Positions 38,275 to 50,990 of a stretch of 64,000 nucleotides of DNA are shown piece after piece (within the stretch, counting starts at the first letter, position 1; every line of letters begins with the position of its first letter). The notes beneath the pieces were generated by a model. The model searched no databases, was not told the origin of the DNA, and saw only the letters and a program-made list of their open reading frames with translations. Location: contig MU061579.1 in the NCBI GenBank assembly GCA_013265495.1, positions 6,486,124 through 6,550,123 of the forward strand. The letters are read 5' to 3'. The position numbers were made by a program, and so were the translations under genes. This stretch comes from Vicugna vicugna (lineage: Eukaryota).

Positions 38275-38430
38275 ACTCAATGACTTGGGTTTCTCCTCTG
38301 TAAAATGAGACAACAGAAATATCTCATAGATAACATAATCTCATAGGACTATTGTTAGGATTACATTGGATGTTAAAGGGCCTTATCACAAAGTCCGGCA
38401 CCTAGATTTAATAACCATCATTACTATTAG
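38275..38430 (+). mobile_element. MIR fragment
   Basis: Core 'gtttctcctctgtaaaatgag...ctcatagggactattgttaggatta'. Confidence 0.6.
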
Positions 38431-39769
38431 TCAGTGATATGGTTATTAATGGTTTATTGCTGTCTGCTTTCATTTAATTACCATCAGTAACAAAACCAAA
38501 CAAGAAAATAAAGCCCCCTTTTTTTTTTTTTTTTTAAAGAAACCCAGAAGGAACAGTGTGGCTGTTTCAAAAACATCAGCCTAGGGAGAAATTAAGGACT
38601 GGCACATTGCTCCAGGCAGAGGCAGAGCCAAGTGGAATATAATGAAGACGGAAGAGTTGTTGATGTCAGCAGTGAGGCAGAAGGCAGACAAATCTCTTGA
38701 GCCTGAGGGACGGAAGAGGGAAATGTAACCCAATGGACCTCTGAAGGTTTATTGTCCACAGAGGGGTAAAGAGCTGGTCTAGTGTTAATGTTGGTTGTGA
38801 GTGGAAAAGGAGAGAGATACTGAATTTGAGAAATTTTCCAGGGAAAGCAATAACCAGAATTAGAAGCCAGCTCCATATTCGAAACAGAAAAATAAACTAG
38901 AAAAATGAACCTAAAAATATTTCAAAGGTTTGAAATATAAAAGCATTCTGGTCTTTTTAGTTCTTTCTTGAACTTTCAAATTTATCAATATATGTACCTC
39001 TCCATAGCACATACTTTTTTCTCCTCCTCCTTGTATGTTTTATTTTCTTCATTCAATTCCTTTTCCTTTCCCTCTTTTTCATTCTTCATCTTTTTTGACA
39101 TTTTGAGGATGTTCTCAGATGGTTTCCATGGGGAATAGCTAAAGTGAGAGCCACATTCCCTTTCTAGAGGCACTTCTAACATGAGCTTCACAGCTTCTTG
39201 TGATTAAAATAATTAATCTTTATTTGCTTCAAAAAAGTCATGAGGCTGTAAGTGTCTCCTACAAGATTGTAAACAACTTGAAGTAAAAGTATGCGGTAAC
39301 TGCTTTCCATCCCTGGTGCTGAGTATTGTGCTGCCTGACACTTTGACAGCATTTAATAAATATGTTCATATTAAATGAATAAGTAGTATTTATTTATTTT
39401 CAAAAGACCATCTACTAAAAGACCCAACACAAAATGCATGAAAGAGAAACCACTGGTATAGTGAAATGGAAGTAACTTTATTCAGTGGAATTCGTCATAG
39501 GGAACATCTTTAAAGGCACTTGAGGCAGAAGGTGAGAGCCAGAAGGAACCTGAGTATGGTTTGAACCAATCCTGGGAGAGAAAGGAAGTGGAGGCAGAGG
39601 TGAGAATTGGTAGGGGGTGGAGACAATTTTGTGATCTGCCCGTGCAGTATGTCCTCTTCCTATGATCTTCCAAATCTCCAGCAAAATTTCTGAGTTGATG
39701 AAATGTCCAGGTAGGTATTTCATGGAAGCCAGTGAGAAATCAAATAGGTGGCATGTCTAACTGATGTTT

Positions 39770-40330
39770 GCATTACTCATTTGAGTATGTCAAACAAACA
39801 ATGAAGTAGCAACCAAAAATTAAAACCATAAAGAGATAACACTTTTCTAATCAATTAACACTTAACAACTATTATTGTTTATTGATCTTTAGGTTATCAA
39901 AAGATGAACAGTCTCATACACTGGTATTGGTAATAAATATTGCTACCTCTTTTGAAAGTAAGTAGATAAAATACATCTTGCTTTGAATATATAAAGTTCT
40001 TTGACCAGAAAATTCTACTTCAAGAAATCTACTCTAAATAAGCAATTGGAAATTAATAGAAGATAGTCTTTCTACCTGTAATGTTAAAAATTGAAGCTAC
40101 CCAAATCTTTAACTTTAGAAATAGAAATACATCATGTATATTCACTGAAAATTATACACCATTATAAATTCTTTGTATAAAAATTTTAATGACAAAGAAA
40201 CATAAATATTATTTAAAGGCAATAAAAAAGAAAAAGAAAAAATTAAATATTGATTTTAAGCCTATTTCTATGTCTATAAAATATATACGTATTTCTGTAC
40301 TTCCCAAATTGCATACAATGAGCAGTAAGA
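39770..40330 (+). mobile_element. Degraded L1ME-like fragment
   Basis: 'ctctcatacactggt'-like and 'ctttgaccagaaaattctacttcaagaaatctactct' motifs of the old L1 ORF2 end. Confidence 0.5.
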
Positions 40331-40369
40331 GAAAGAAAACAAGGATATAAAACTTTATGTAGATTCCTC

Positions 40370-41503
40370 CCTGGTCTCTAATAGCTTATCTAATGATAAA
40401 AACCGAGTGATGGCCCTAGGGGCATAGAGCACAACCAATACCCACATCTTGGTTTCTAATACCCTTCTGCAACAGAAGGAACCGTGGCTCCTTGGAGAAA
40501 TGGCTGACCTAGGACAGACGCAAGGAATTCACAGGATGAGCCTGGAGCATCTTGCGCCAACAAGTAAGGCAGTGCTAAAATAAATGTATGGGGATATGTG
40601 AAAGGGGCACAGGAGTCAGTGAGAGGTGACTCAACAGCCAAAGCTAGAACAATTTGAGAAACAAAATAGAGTAGTATTGGATTATAACCCAAAGAATACA
40701 ATAAATATCCATGAGTCTATACTGATACAAATAAATGATCAAATAAATAAATAAGTGGGGGAGAACAGAGAAGTATCCCTTGCAGAAGAATTCCAAACAA
40801 TTGATATAGATACTCAGCCCTCACGAGAGACAGCATATGTCTCCAGACGTTAAGCGTGGGCTGTGCATAGTGACTTCCTTCCAGAGACTACAATACGGAA
40901 ACAGGGAAATCGAGTAACTTCCTAGTGAAGAAACTTGATAAATGCTACATCTACTAGGTGATTATGGTTAATAGTAATAATGAAAAATCCTGGTGATACC
41001 ATGTATCCTTGTTATGATATGATAAAAATGTCACTTTCCCCTCCAAAAACTAGAACCCTAGTCTAATGAGAAGAAAAACATCAGACAAATTAGAATAGAG
41101 AAGCAGCCTACAAGATACCTGACCAATACTACAAAAACCTGCCAAGGCCATCAAAAACAGAGAGTGTGAGAAACTTCACAGCCAATTGGAGCAGAAGGAG
41201 ATGTAATAAGTAAATGTAAGATGATATCTTGGATGGGATCCAGAAACAAAGAAAGGACACTGGGTAAAATCTAAGGAAATCTGAATAAACCATGGACTTC
41301 AGGTAATAACGATGTATCACTAATAATATATCAACACTGATTCACTGTTTGTAAAAAAAAAAAAAAAAGTACTATACCAGTGCAAGATGTTAATAATGGG
41401 GGAAATTAGGTGAGGAGGGGGTCTATGGAAAACCTCAGTACTATCTTCTCCATTTTTCTATAAACTTAAAACTGTTCTAAAACACAAATTCTATTTAAAA
41501 AAA
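40370..41503 (+). mobile_element. L1MD/L1MC-like 3' UTR
   Basis: 'cccacatcttggtttctaatacc...ggctccttggagaaatggctga...tgagcctggagcatcttg' and terminal 'aaaactgttctaaaacacaaattctatttaaaaaa'. Confidence 0.8.
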
Positions 41504-42038
41504 GTTGTGTAATTTTATGCACAAATTATTTACCCAACTATCAAGTATGATATATCTCAAAAGAAGCACCTTCCATTTATATTTTCTTAGGAAAATTCTA
41601 GAAAAAATGTTCTACCAAACAGTTGCAAATAAGAAAGAGGAAAAAATGGAATTTAAGACATAGGTGACAACAAAGCAATTCCAAAGGTGATGGCATAAGA
41701 AAATCCTAAGACAAGTCTGAGTAGCCAGTGTAAACAGCAACCAGTACAGACTTCAGCGGGAAGACAGAAGCAGAGGTAGTAATAGGCATGGCTCCAAGCG
41801 AAGAAATTGATTTGTGGCTTTATGTGTATGCGTGTATACAGAGAAAAATTTACATTCACACAAATGATAGTTATATAGGAAATTAAGAAACAAAAACAAT
41901 TTCAAATATAGGTAATTATTATCTATTAGGAAAAAAATTGTACAGAAAAGGAAATATGGATAATATTACAATAGTCACGATAATGTAAGAAAGTTTGACT
42001 TCAGTGAAAACTTACAGAAATGTCATCTAAAAGTAAGA

Positions 42039-42461
42039 CAGATATTCCCAGCTTTTTCAAAGTTGGCTTTATGCCACTTGTGTTTACAAAAGACCTATAT
42101 TAGTACCTGTTTTTGCTAACAAAAAGAAATCCGAAGAGGATTTTCACTTTAACGAAAAAAGACCAGAAGTGAAATAACGTTTAATGTTTGTTCTGCAGGA
42201 AGCCCTGATAGAGGGAGCACCCGCCTGGAGCAGAGAAGAGTGGCATCGCCAAATGCCTTCCTCAGGAACTACTTTCAACATCCGAGCATCAAGCTGCCAA
42301 AGCTTTGAACTGTGTCTGTAAGCATCTGTGCTTTATCTGGATTTATTTCGCGCATCCGTTAGCAAGCTGTCTCCTAAGGTGATTGCTTCTTCATTTTATG
42401 CCGTTTTGTTTTATGACAAATTTCATAGAATGCTCTACTTTTGGACAGCAGGGGAAACCTG
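42039..42461. mobile_element. Non-autonomous TcMar-Tigger-like DNA element
   Basis: Imperfect terminal inverted repeats (cagatattcccagctttttcaaag vs reverse complement caggtttcccctgctgtccaaaag); about 420 bp; locally more CpG than the flanks; TA TSDs not preserved. Confidence 0.6.
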
Positions 42462-42714
42462 CCACTAGATTTCAAATGTGGAGTAGGCATTGCAGGAGAT
42501 GTGTAGGGGACTGTAAGGGAGCTAAATCTTTTTCATTTCAGAAAATCAGATGCTGTACTTATTCTGTCTTTAATTTGTTCTTTTCCTAACTTCATAAAGT
42601 GAATGTTTAAACCATCGATTTTTAAAACTTTCTCTTTTTTTTAACATGGTCATTTCCTTCTATAAATTTTCTTCTTAGTCCTGTTTTGGTGCATCTCATA
42701 ATGTTTTTTAAATT

Positions 42715-43055
42715 ATATTTTTAAATTAGCATTTAGTAAAAGGATGTTTTGTAGACATCTAAGTCTACGAATTTTGACACATGAATAGATTCTTATATCA
42801 ACCACCAGAATAAAGATATGAACAGTTCCATCTCACTAAGATTACTTCAACATGGTATCTCCCATCATCCCTTTCCCTTGACTCCCAACCTCTGGTAACT
42901 ACTTAACTGTTTTCCACAGTGGTAATTTTAATTTTTTGAAAATGTTAAATAATGGAATCATGCAATTTGTAACCTTGTAAGGCTGGCTTCTTTCACTCAG
43001 TACAATGCCTTTAAGATCTGTCTAGGTTGTTGCATGTATCATTCCTTTTTGTTGT
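42715..43055 (-). mobile_element. L1MB/L1MC-like 3' UTR fragment
   Basis: 'gaacagttccatctc', 'aatggaatcatgcaatttgtaacc...ctggcttctttcactcag'. Confidence 0.65.
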
Positions 43056-43059
43056 GGAG

Positions 43060-43790
43060 TGAAAAAGATGCAGTTGACATCAACTAATTTTGGGAAGGCC
43101 AAGAGTAGAGCAGGTTTGAAGGAAAAAACCTGTTGTTTAGTATTAGATATGTTTAGTTTGAGATGTCCATTTGCCATCTGAGTGAAGATGTAGAGAAAGC
43201 TGTTGGATATTTGAGACTGTCTTATCTATTTATTCAAAGAGAGAAACATATTCTCTCTATATAGATATGTATATATAGTAGAATATATCATAATATATAT
43301 ATGTGTGTAACTATGCACATACACACTGTTTGAAGACTGACACTTGAGGGAATTGAAAATTGAAAGGTAAAAGAAAGAAGAGGGAATCAGAAAGAAGACT
43401 TAAAAATAGGGATCTCAAATGCAGGTGGGACCACAAGCGACTATTGTTAGTTCAAATCTGTTAGGTGATTGTATCACAGAAGTGGAATTTAATTACTTGC
43501 AAATTAAGAAGTATAAGGACTGAAAATTGAGCATTGGAATTATTAATGAAACCTACTGATAAGTTTAATCAGTACTGGTGGAATGCTGAAAACAAAAGCT
43601 TGATTTTAGAGAGAATGGGAGGGGTGAGATTTGGAAACCTCAAATAGAGTTTTGCTACAAAGGGAAATAAAGATACCTGGTTGTTACTGGGAGAAATTAG
43701 GACCAAAATAAGCTGTTGTTTTTCTTTAAGACTGGAGTGTTACTGCATGTTTGTAAACTTCGGGAATAATGTGGTAGAGGAGGAAAATGG
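43060..43790 (-). mobile_element. L2 fragments
   Basis: 'agatatgtttagtttgagatgtccatttgccatctgagtgaagatg...gctgttggatat'. Confidence 0.55.
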
Positions 43791-44819
43791 AGAGTACCTA
43801 AAATCGAAAAATGAATAACAGCAGTATAAATAAATAAATAAGTTATTCAGCAGTAAAGATCAGATAAAGCTTAAACTAAAATTATTTGACTCTGAGAACA
43901 GTAATCAGGAGAGAAGTAAAGTAGTGTGGGGCAAGTGACTGTTGTTTTTCCTTATAATTCTTGTTAGCATAACAAGCGTAGAAGTACAAGTTCAATCACA
44001 AATCTAAGTTGAAACTACATCCTGTTAACTCTGAATTGAAATGACAATAAAATGCAACTTTCCTTCATAGTTAGAACTTTTCTACACAGAAAATTCCTTT
44101 GGTTAACTCTTTGATCCCCAAGACTGGACCTCTAACGCTCCTTTCTAATTTTTTGCATAGTTAGTATCATCTGTTGGATTGAGATTTTTCCAATTCTACA
44201 CGGAATTGTACCATTGTGAATTTAGTAGTTAAAATAGACTGCCAGTTGCAAAACTCCCTGAGAAAACTCTAAGAACTTATTGTCCTGAATGATTTCCTAA
44301 AAAATAACAACAAAGACAACCATATAATCCTTGTTCTATCTAAATGCAAGTGTTGGCAAATTGAAAGCACCCACCTGCTTGGTAGTGCCACCTGACAAGC
44401 CACTGTTTTCCTCCAGTCTTTAGAACAGTAGAGAAGCCTAAAAGTTGTCCACAAATCAATCCTTCTGTAGTGGATTAATGACCCACCCATAGTTACTATA
44501 ATACATTCTAATTTGCTACAGATATTTAGGGTTGGGAGGACCCTTGGCTAAAATGTTTCAGAATCAAAAAAGCTCAAAAAATATTTCAATTTTACCCAGA
44601 TTATTAGTAAAAGAACCAGATAAAGAATTTGAGATATCTTCACTCTTGGCCCAACTCTGCTTGGCTGACAAGTTAATTATCTTTTCCTTTCTATTTCCCT
44701 AGTCCTTCCAAGTCTTACTGTTAGTTCCTCCTGACCAATTTGACATCTAAATTTTATTTGGCTACCCACTAACTCTCTAAGCTCATCTTCGACTACTCTT
44801 ATCTTCGCTCACTCCTCTC

Positions 44820-45135
44820 TGGCCAAAGAATCCCTTCCCCCAGGCCACACACTTGTTCTTACTCCCACCTGAAGAGAAAACCACCCCATAAAAAATAACC
44901 AATACCTTCACCCCAATCCTCTCTGCTTTATTTTTCTCCTTATCCTTTATTACCATCTGACTTTTCATATATACTTATTTATTTGCATACTGCTTGTCTT
45001 CCCCTACTAGAATACAAGCTCAATGAAAACAAAGAGTTCACTTATTTTTTTTCACTGCTACATTCTCAGTGCTTAGAAAAAGGGTCTGGCTCCTAGGATA
45101 GATCAATACTTGTTTAACATAGAAATAAGTGAATT
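44820..45135 (+). mobile_element. L2 3' end
   Basis: 'ttgtcttcccctactagaatacaagctcaatgaaaacaaag...ttcactgctacattctcagtgcttaga'. Confidence 0.7.
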
Positions 45136-45289
45136 TTAATAATCTAATTGATGGGTTTGAAATAATATATACTTGGATATATAAAAGCCTGACACAAAAT
45201 GTATTTTCATTTCAAGTAATCATAGAATTGTCTCCAAAATGAGTATGTACTATGACACAGAAAAATTTTTGAAAATTACAAAAAAATAC

Positions 45290-47335
45290 TAAACCATACA
45301 AAGTAAAATGAATTATAAAAAGATAACTAAAAATCCCTTCTTAATTGGATAATTTAATATTCTTTTAAATAAATCATGGGACAAATAGAAAATGTAACAT
45401 AAAGTATATTAAATTGGATGAGATGCAGCTAAAACCATATAGAAAAGGAATCTTTATCTTTACATTCTTATTGTAGCAAAGATGGCATATTGATAAACAA
45501 GAAATAAGAATTCAACAAAAGAAATCAGAAAAACAGAATATAAGAAAATAAAAGTAGAACATAAGTACTAGTAAAAATTAACATTAACAAGGCAAAAGGG
45601 AAATATCAACAAAATCCAAAAGTTAAAGCTTTTAAAAGACTAATAAATTAGGTAAAATTCTGGTGAGATTGTTCATTAAAAAAAGAGAAGGGCATCCACA
45701 TAGTCATAAAAATACACACATTCCCATGCCACTACGAACAAAGAAAGTAAGGATAGTCACAGATATACAAGAGATCTGAAAATACCATAAGAGAATACCA
45801 AGCACCACTTTGCAATGCAATGGAAAATTATAATTCACCAACTGAGTAGTCTTATAACTATTGAAGAGAAAGAAGAGTAAAATAGAGCCCACCCATACAC
45901 ACAAATAAACCCATAGTCGGTGGGTGGGTGGATTTAGATCTAGGTAGTTTTGTAAAAACACCTTACCCAACTTCTAATAAACAGATGATTCCAGTTTTAT
46001 GCAAATTATTCTCCCCAAAGAAAACAAGAAAACAAAAAGAAACAGTATAATCTTGATACCAAAATTTGACAAGAATAGTACAAGAAATAAGTAGCTGAAT
46101 CCCACTTTTGAACATATATGCAAAATTTCCAAAGACTATCTTAGCAAAAGATGTTAATTCTTATCTACAAGGGCCTTCCATATGCGAAGCCTGCACTAAT
46201 CCAGCCTTGCCCATGACTAAATAAAAAAGTCCAACTCTGAGGTTATGAATAAATACCCAAGTCTGCTTCTATAAACTATGATCTTTATCTTTAATAATAC
46301 ATATTTTGGCCCCTGTATTTACTCCTTTAGTTGTCAAATTATACTGAACTTCAGCAGGGAAAGGAAGAAGGGTATAATTTACTGAGGTGCCATTATTGAG
46401 TGTTTAGTATATGTCAAAATCTCACCTAAAAATTTTATAACTGTTACCTCATTTAATTTTCACAATGTCCCTATGTGGTGCATTATTTATAACTGTGTAA
46501 ACTGAGGAATACCAGAGTTTAAGTAACTTGCTTAGGATCATACAGCTTGTGAGGATGGAGTCATGATTTCAATTCTGATGGGATGAATTAATTGGCTTTA
46601 TCAATCAGTAGAAAACAGAAGGCATACTAACCAAATTGGACCTCCAATTATATTAAGTAAAAATATTTCTTACTTTATATAACACTCACAAAATCAATTC
46701 CAAAAGCATCAAAAATTCAATATGAGAAATAAAACTCTAAAACTTTTAGAAAAGAACCATGAGAATATATCTTTGTGGAAGGAGAGAGAAGATTTTCATA
46801 TTTATGAAACAAAAAAGCAAAATTCATCAAATAAAAGATAAGTAAAATTTGCTGCATTAAATTGAAAACCTCAGCATGACAAAGGAGATCAGAAGCAAAC
46901 TAAGATCATAAGTCATAGACTGGAAGAAGATATTTACCACCCATTTAACAGATAAAGAATTAGCAATCAGAAAATACAATTAATATCTTCAAAACAATAA
47001 ATAAAAATGATGCAAATCCAATAATAATCCAGGGACACAAACAGGCAATTCACAGTTGAGGAAATCAAGGTAGACAATAAGAATAAACACATTAAACATC
47101 CAACATTTAATGCAAATAAAAACAGCAGTAAGAATCCCTCTCACAACCAGCTGCAAAAATTTATAAGTATGGGACACTAGGTATTGATGAAAATGTAACA
47201 GCGACTCTCATTAATAGACTATAAAATGTTAGAGCCATTTTGGTTAGCAATTTGCTTAAGGCAGACACATCCTATAACCAAGAATTTCACTCTAGTTTGC
47301 TACCCTGGAGACAGTGCCACACATGTAAAGTATAA
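45290..47335 (+). mobile_element. Highly degraded L1ME-like ORF2 fragments (interrupted)
   Basis: A-rich sense-strand L1 remnants ('tataatcttgataccaaaatttgacaag', 'cacaaaatcaattccaaa', 'agactggaagaagatattt'). Confidence 0.6.
46385..46580 (-). mobile_element. MIR
   Basis: 'cattattgagtg...ctcatttaattttcacaa...aaactgagg...aagtaacttgcttaggatcatacagct'. Confidence 0.7.
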
Positions 47336-47344
47336 ACACACACA

Positions 47345-48085
47345 AACGAAGGTGGATTTAACAAATGAACCTTAAGTTTTGGCAACTTTCACTTGCGTAG
47401 GCCTCTTTTCAGGAAGGGAAGGGAAGATGTTTTATTCTGAAAATTAACTCATAGTTAAACATGTCATCCTTGGTTTCAGGATATTGAAAGGTAACCAATA
47501 TGATGGTGCACACACTTGGTTAGTGCTTTATTTCCATTTATTTCTTTTAACAAGCTAAACAGGAATTAAGATAGTGGGATGATAGATAGGCATGCATTAC
47601 CTTCTTGAGACAGATGAGTCTCTCCTTCAGCAGCTGCTGATGACATCCACGAGCAAGACTCTTGAATCCTCAGTGTTGGACATAAACCTGTATCAGCATG
47701 ACAAGAAAGCACATGTGTGAAATATTAAGTTTAAAACACTCCAACTATCAATAATAAAAAGTAAATTTAGTTCACCCATGTTAGAGGGAAAAGCATTTTC
47801 TTTCTTAATGGTCTATAGAAATTCATATTTTTGAATGTTGTCATGAGAAGAGGTAATCAAGGACTACGGTTACAAATGTAGAAAAAATGTATTATAGAGA
47901 TAGGTCAGGCACTTCATTCAAAAAAATGGTATTTTTGCTTATTGTGTGATGCTTGTGACATTTATTAGCTTTTTGCATTTTTAAATGTGTTGTGAGTTCT
48001 TATTCTAAACATTTACCTTTACATCTAACTTTCTTTTGTAATTGTGTTTTTTCTTAAATAAGGGACCCAGAATGCACATATAAAA
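47345..48085 (+). mobile_element. Zaphod-like (hAT-Tip100) DNA transposon relic
   Basis: 5' end 'aggtggatttaac..aatgaaccttaag...tcacttgcgtaggcctc'; degraded hAT dimerisation-domain tail at about 47780-47897 ('tctatagaa...ttgtcatgagaagaggtaatcaaggactac...gtattatag'). Confidence 0.6.
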
Positions 48086-48689
48086 TAATAATTATACTTT
48101 TTTTATATATACAAGATGACATGCACAGGAAGGATACACCAGTTTAAGATACTGGTTACTGGTGGGTACAAAAGGAAACAGAAAAGGGGGATTTAGCTTA
48201 ATCTATACCATTTTATTTCCCATTTTTAAAGACAGATTTGCTGTACATATGGTGAAATGTTAACATCTGTTTAATCTTAATGGTGGGTACATAGTTGTCT
48301 GTGTTATTTTCGTATTTTTCTCTATATTTGAAATTACACATAATTATTTTAAAAAATTCATGCCATTAATAGAAAGCAATGTATTTACATGAAAATTTTA
48401 AACCACTGCTATAGTTAATAGGTCACATATTTGACAAGGTGATTTTATCTTGGGTCGTTTATCCTAAAGTAAAAAACAAAAGGAACACTTCACATGTATA
48501 AAATATTTACCATTTCTAATGGTTAGAGTTGTAAACATATAACCAGGCAATGTGCTAAGCTCAAAAACATTGCTTTATTTCTTTTTTTTTCCTAAATGTC
48601 CTCTGCTTAGATTTACATTATTGATACTTTAGAGAAAAAAATTTTTTAGGACGTGACTGGTTGAATTTAGGATGCAATGCGCCTCACAA

Positions 48690-49160
48690 TGCATTCAATT
48701 CATTCATTAAATATCTAGTGAGCTCCTCCCATGCTCTAACGCTAGAGCTGGATATAAAGACCTGGTCCTAAATTTTATAGAACTCACAGTCAACTGGAGA
48801 AGACAAACAACAGACAAACAAGGATATAAGTAAAATATCGATTATACATTGTGATCAATGTTCTGAAGGAAAGAACAGCCTGTTGCTGGAGTAAGATAAG
48901 TGAGGGGGTGAGAAGGCTACTTTAGGAATGTCTCTGAAGATGACATTTTAGTGCAGACATAAGACTGACAAGGACCCAGTGTTCAATGAATTGATCAACA
49001 TGTCAAGATGATCCCAAAGTTTTGAAGTTGGAAGGATTTGGGGGTGTAAGTGCCATTGGCAAAAACAAGGAAATCAATTATGGGAGTCACTGTAAAAGGT
49101 CAGGAGAAATTACAAATTCAATTGTTAGCATACTGATTTTGAGATGTTATTAGAAAATCA
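48690..49160 (-). mobile_element. L2 fragments
   Basis: Begins 'cattcaattcattcattaaatatctagtgagctcc' (antisense L2 tail). Confidence 0.65.
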
Positions 49161-49799
49161 AACATTGGAAGCAACCTCAGGAGGGAAATAGTATAATCAG
49201 CCAATGGAAAATTATATATAAGTTAAAATAAATTAACTGGATCTATAAGTTAAAAAATAGAAAAATATCAAGAATATAATACTGGTAGAAATAGAAAATT
49301 GGGAAATAGATGAGTTATAGAATATGAAATGATTTATATGAAGTTTAAAAACATAACAGAATAATATATATTGATACAAGTGCACACATGTATATAGTAA
49401 AAGCATAAAAATATGCATGGAATATATGTGTATTTTATAAGGCATTTGGTTGCCTTTGAAGGTACATAAAAATAAGTGGGATTTAGATATATCTGTAAAA
49501 TTTTAGTCAAAAAATAAGATTTAAAGCAATCTATTCAAATATCGATATCTGATCAACACTGTAGGGGAAACTTAAAGATCTGTTATATTATTTTTCATAC
49601 ACTATGATCTTGAAATATTTCATAATTTTGCAGGGCAGTAAACAAAAGGAAAAGCAATAAAAATTAATGAGTCCATATTTTATTATTTAAAAAATTTTAG
49701 TTACTTCTTTTTTTTTTTTTTGTGAGTCTGTATTTTGCAGTTTATTTTTGGTGGCCAAGCAAGGAGATAACTAACTTATGTCTCTGGTTTCGGCATGAT

Positions 49800-50990
49800 T
49801 ATATCAGTCATGATTCAGCTGAAGATAACAGAAAGAAACCTAGGTAATTTAAGTAGAATTGTAATAGAGGAGAACAAATCTGACTCGATATTGGATCTGT
49901 TCCTTTGGCTTTGACCACTGAGCCCTGTTTCCTAAACTTAGTCTTGCTAGCTCTGCACTTACGTAAAGATAACCAGTTGCAGAATAGATAATAATATTTG
50001 TTTTGTTGGAGGTTTTGCAGGAGCATTATGACCTGGCCCATGTGGACAGCTGCAGGAAGAAAGAATTCCTACACCAAGAAGTTTGCAACTATCAACCACA
50101 CCCTCTCCCTGGTTTTTCTGTATAAAAGGAGCCTGTGTTCTGACTGGAGGAGAATGGTTCTCTAAGACATTAGTCTGCCAGCTTTCCGAATAAAGTTGCT
50201 ATTCCTTGCCCCAACACCTCATCTCCCGATTTACTGGCCTATCGTGCAGCGAGCAGAACAAGTCTGGACTCAGTAACAGAATGTCTTTTAATAAAGGGAA
50301 TAAAAAATGCTTACAAAAATCACTGGATGTCTAAAGAAGCTAATCCTCAAGGAAAGAGGCCCATAACAACATGACGAAGCTAGCCCAGCAAAAGATCTGC
50401 TGGCCTTACAACAAAGAAATGAGAAAGTGGAACTCACTGCCAGGAATTATGGAAGGGGCTCCACACATGCACATACAGCTTTAGCTTAGTCCATCCAGAA
50501 ATCAGGAAGTCGGTTTTTAAAACACCCTGCCTCTCTAGTCACACACCTGATGAGACATGTTGAAGTGCTTGGAGGGTCTCACTGTAAAGACTGTGGTGGC
50601 CACTCTCCCTTCCTTCCTCTGTGTTTGTCAATAGTATGGAAATTGAGACATTAAATGGACACTTTAAACTTGATGACTGTTCACCTGAAACTTTCAACAC
50701 CTGATGACTGTTCACAGCAGCTTCTATAATTGATCTCCAGCTAAAGCAGCTGCAGACAATCCCAGAGTCTTCCTAACCAAACTTTCCAGCAGTCACAGCA
50801 GCAGTTGCAAAAGTAGGGCTCTGTTACCTTCTGTGTTTCTTAACTGAATAAACTGTATCACATCATGAACCCTCACTGGAAAAGAGTCCTGGAAATATAG
50901 ATTTAAGCTTCTCAGTCTCTGCATTACTGACAAACACAGAAGAAGGAAGGGGTGGCTGCCATAGCCTCTTCAATGAGCCCCTTCAAGTAT
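49800..50990 (-). mobile_element. Ancient LTR (LTR78-like), interrupted
   Basis: 'tatcagtcatgattcagctgaagataacaga..cctaggtaatttaagtagaat|gtcttttaataaagggaat...tgcttacaaaaatcactgg' is continuous across the nested LTR. Confidence 0.5.
49860..50278 (+). mobile_element. Solo ERV1-class LTR
   Basis: TGTAA...TAACA termini; perfect 4-bp TSD gaat (49856-49859 and 50279-50282); TATAAAA at 50121; AATAAA at 50189. Confidence 0.88.
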
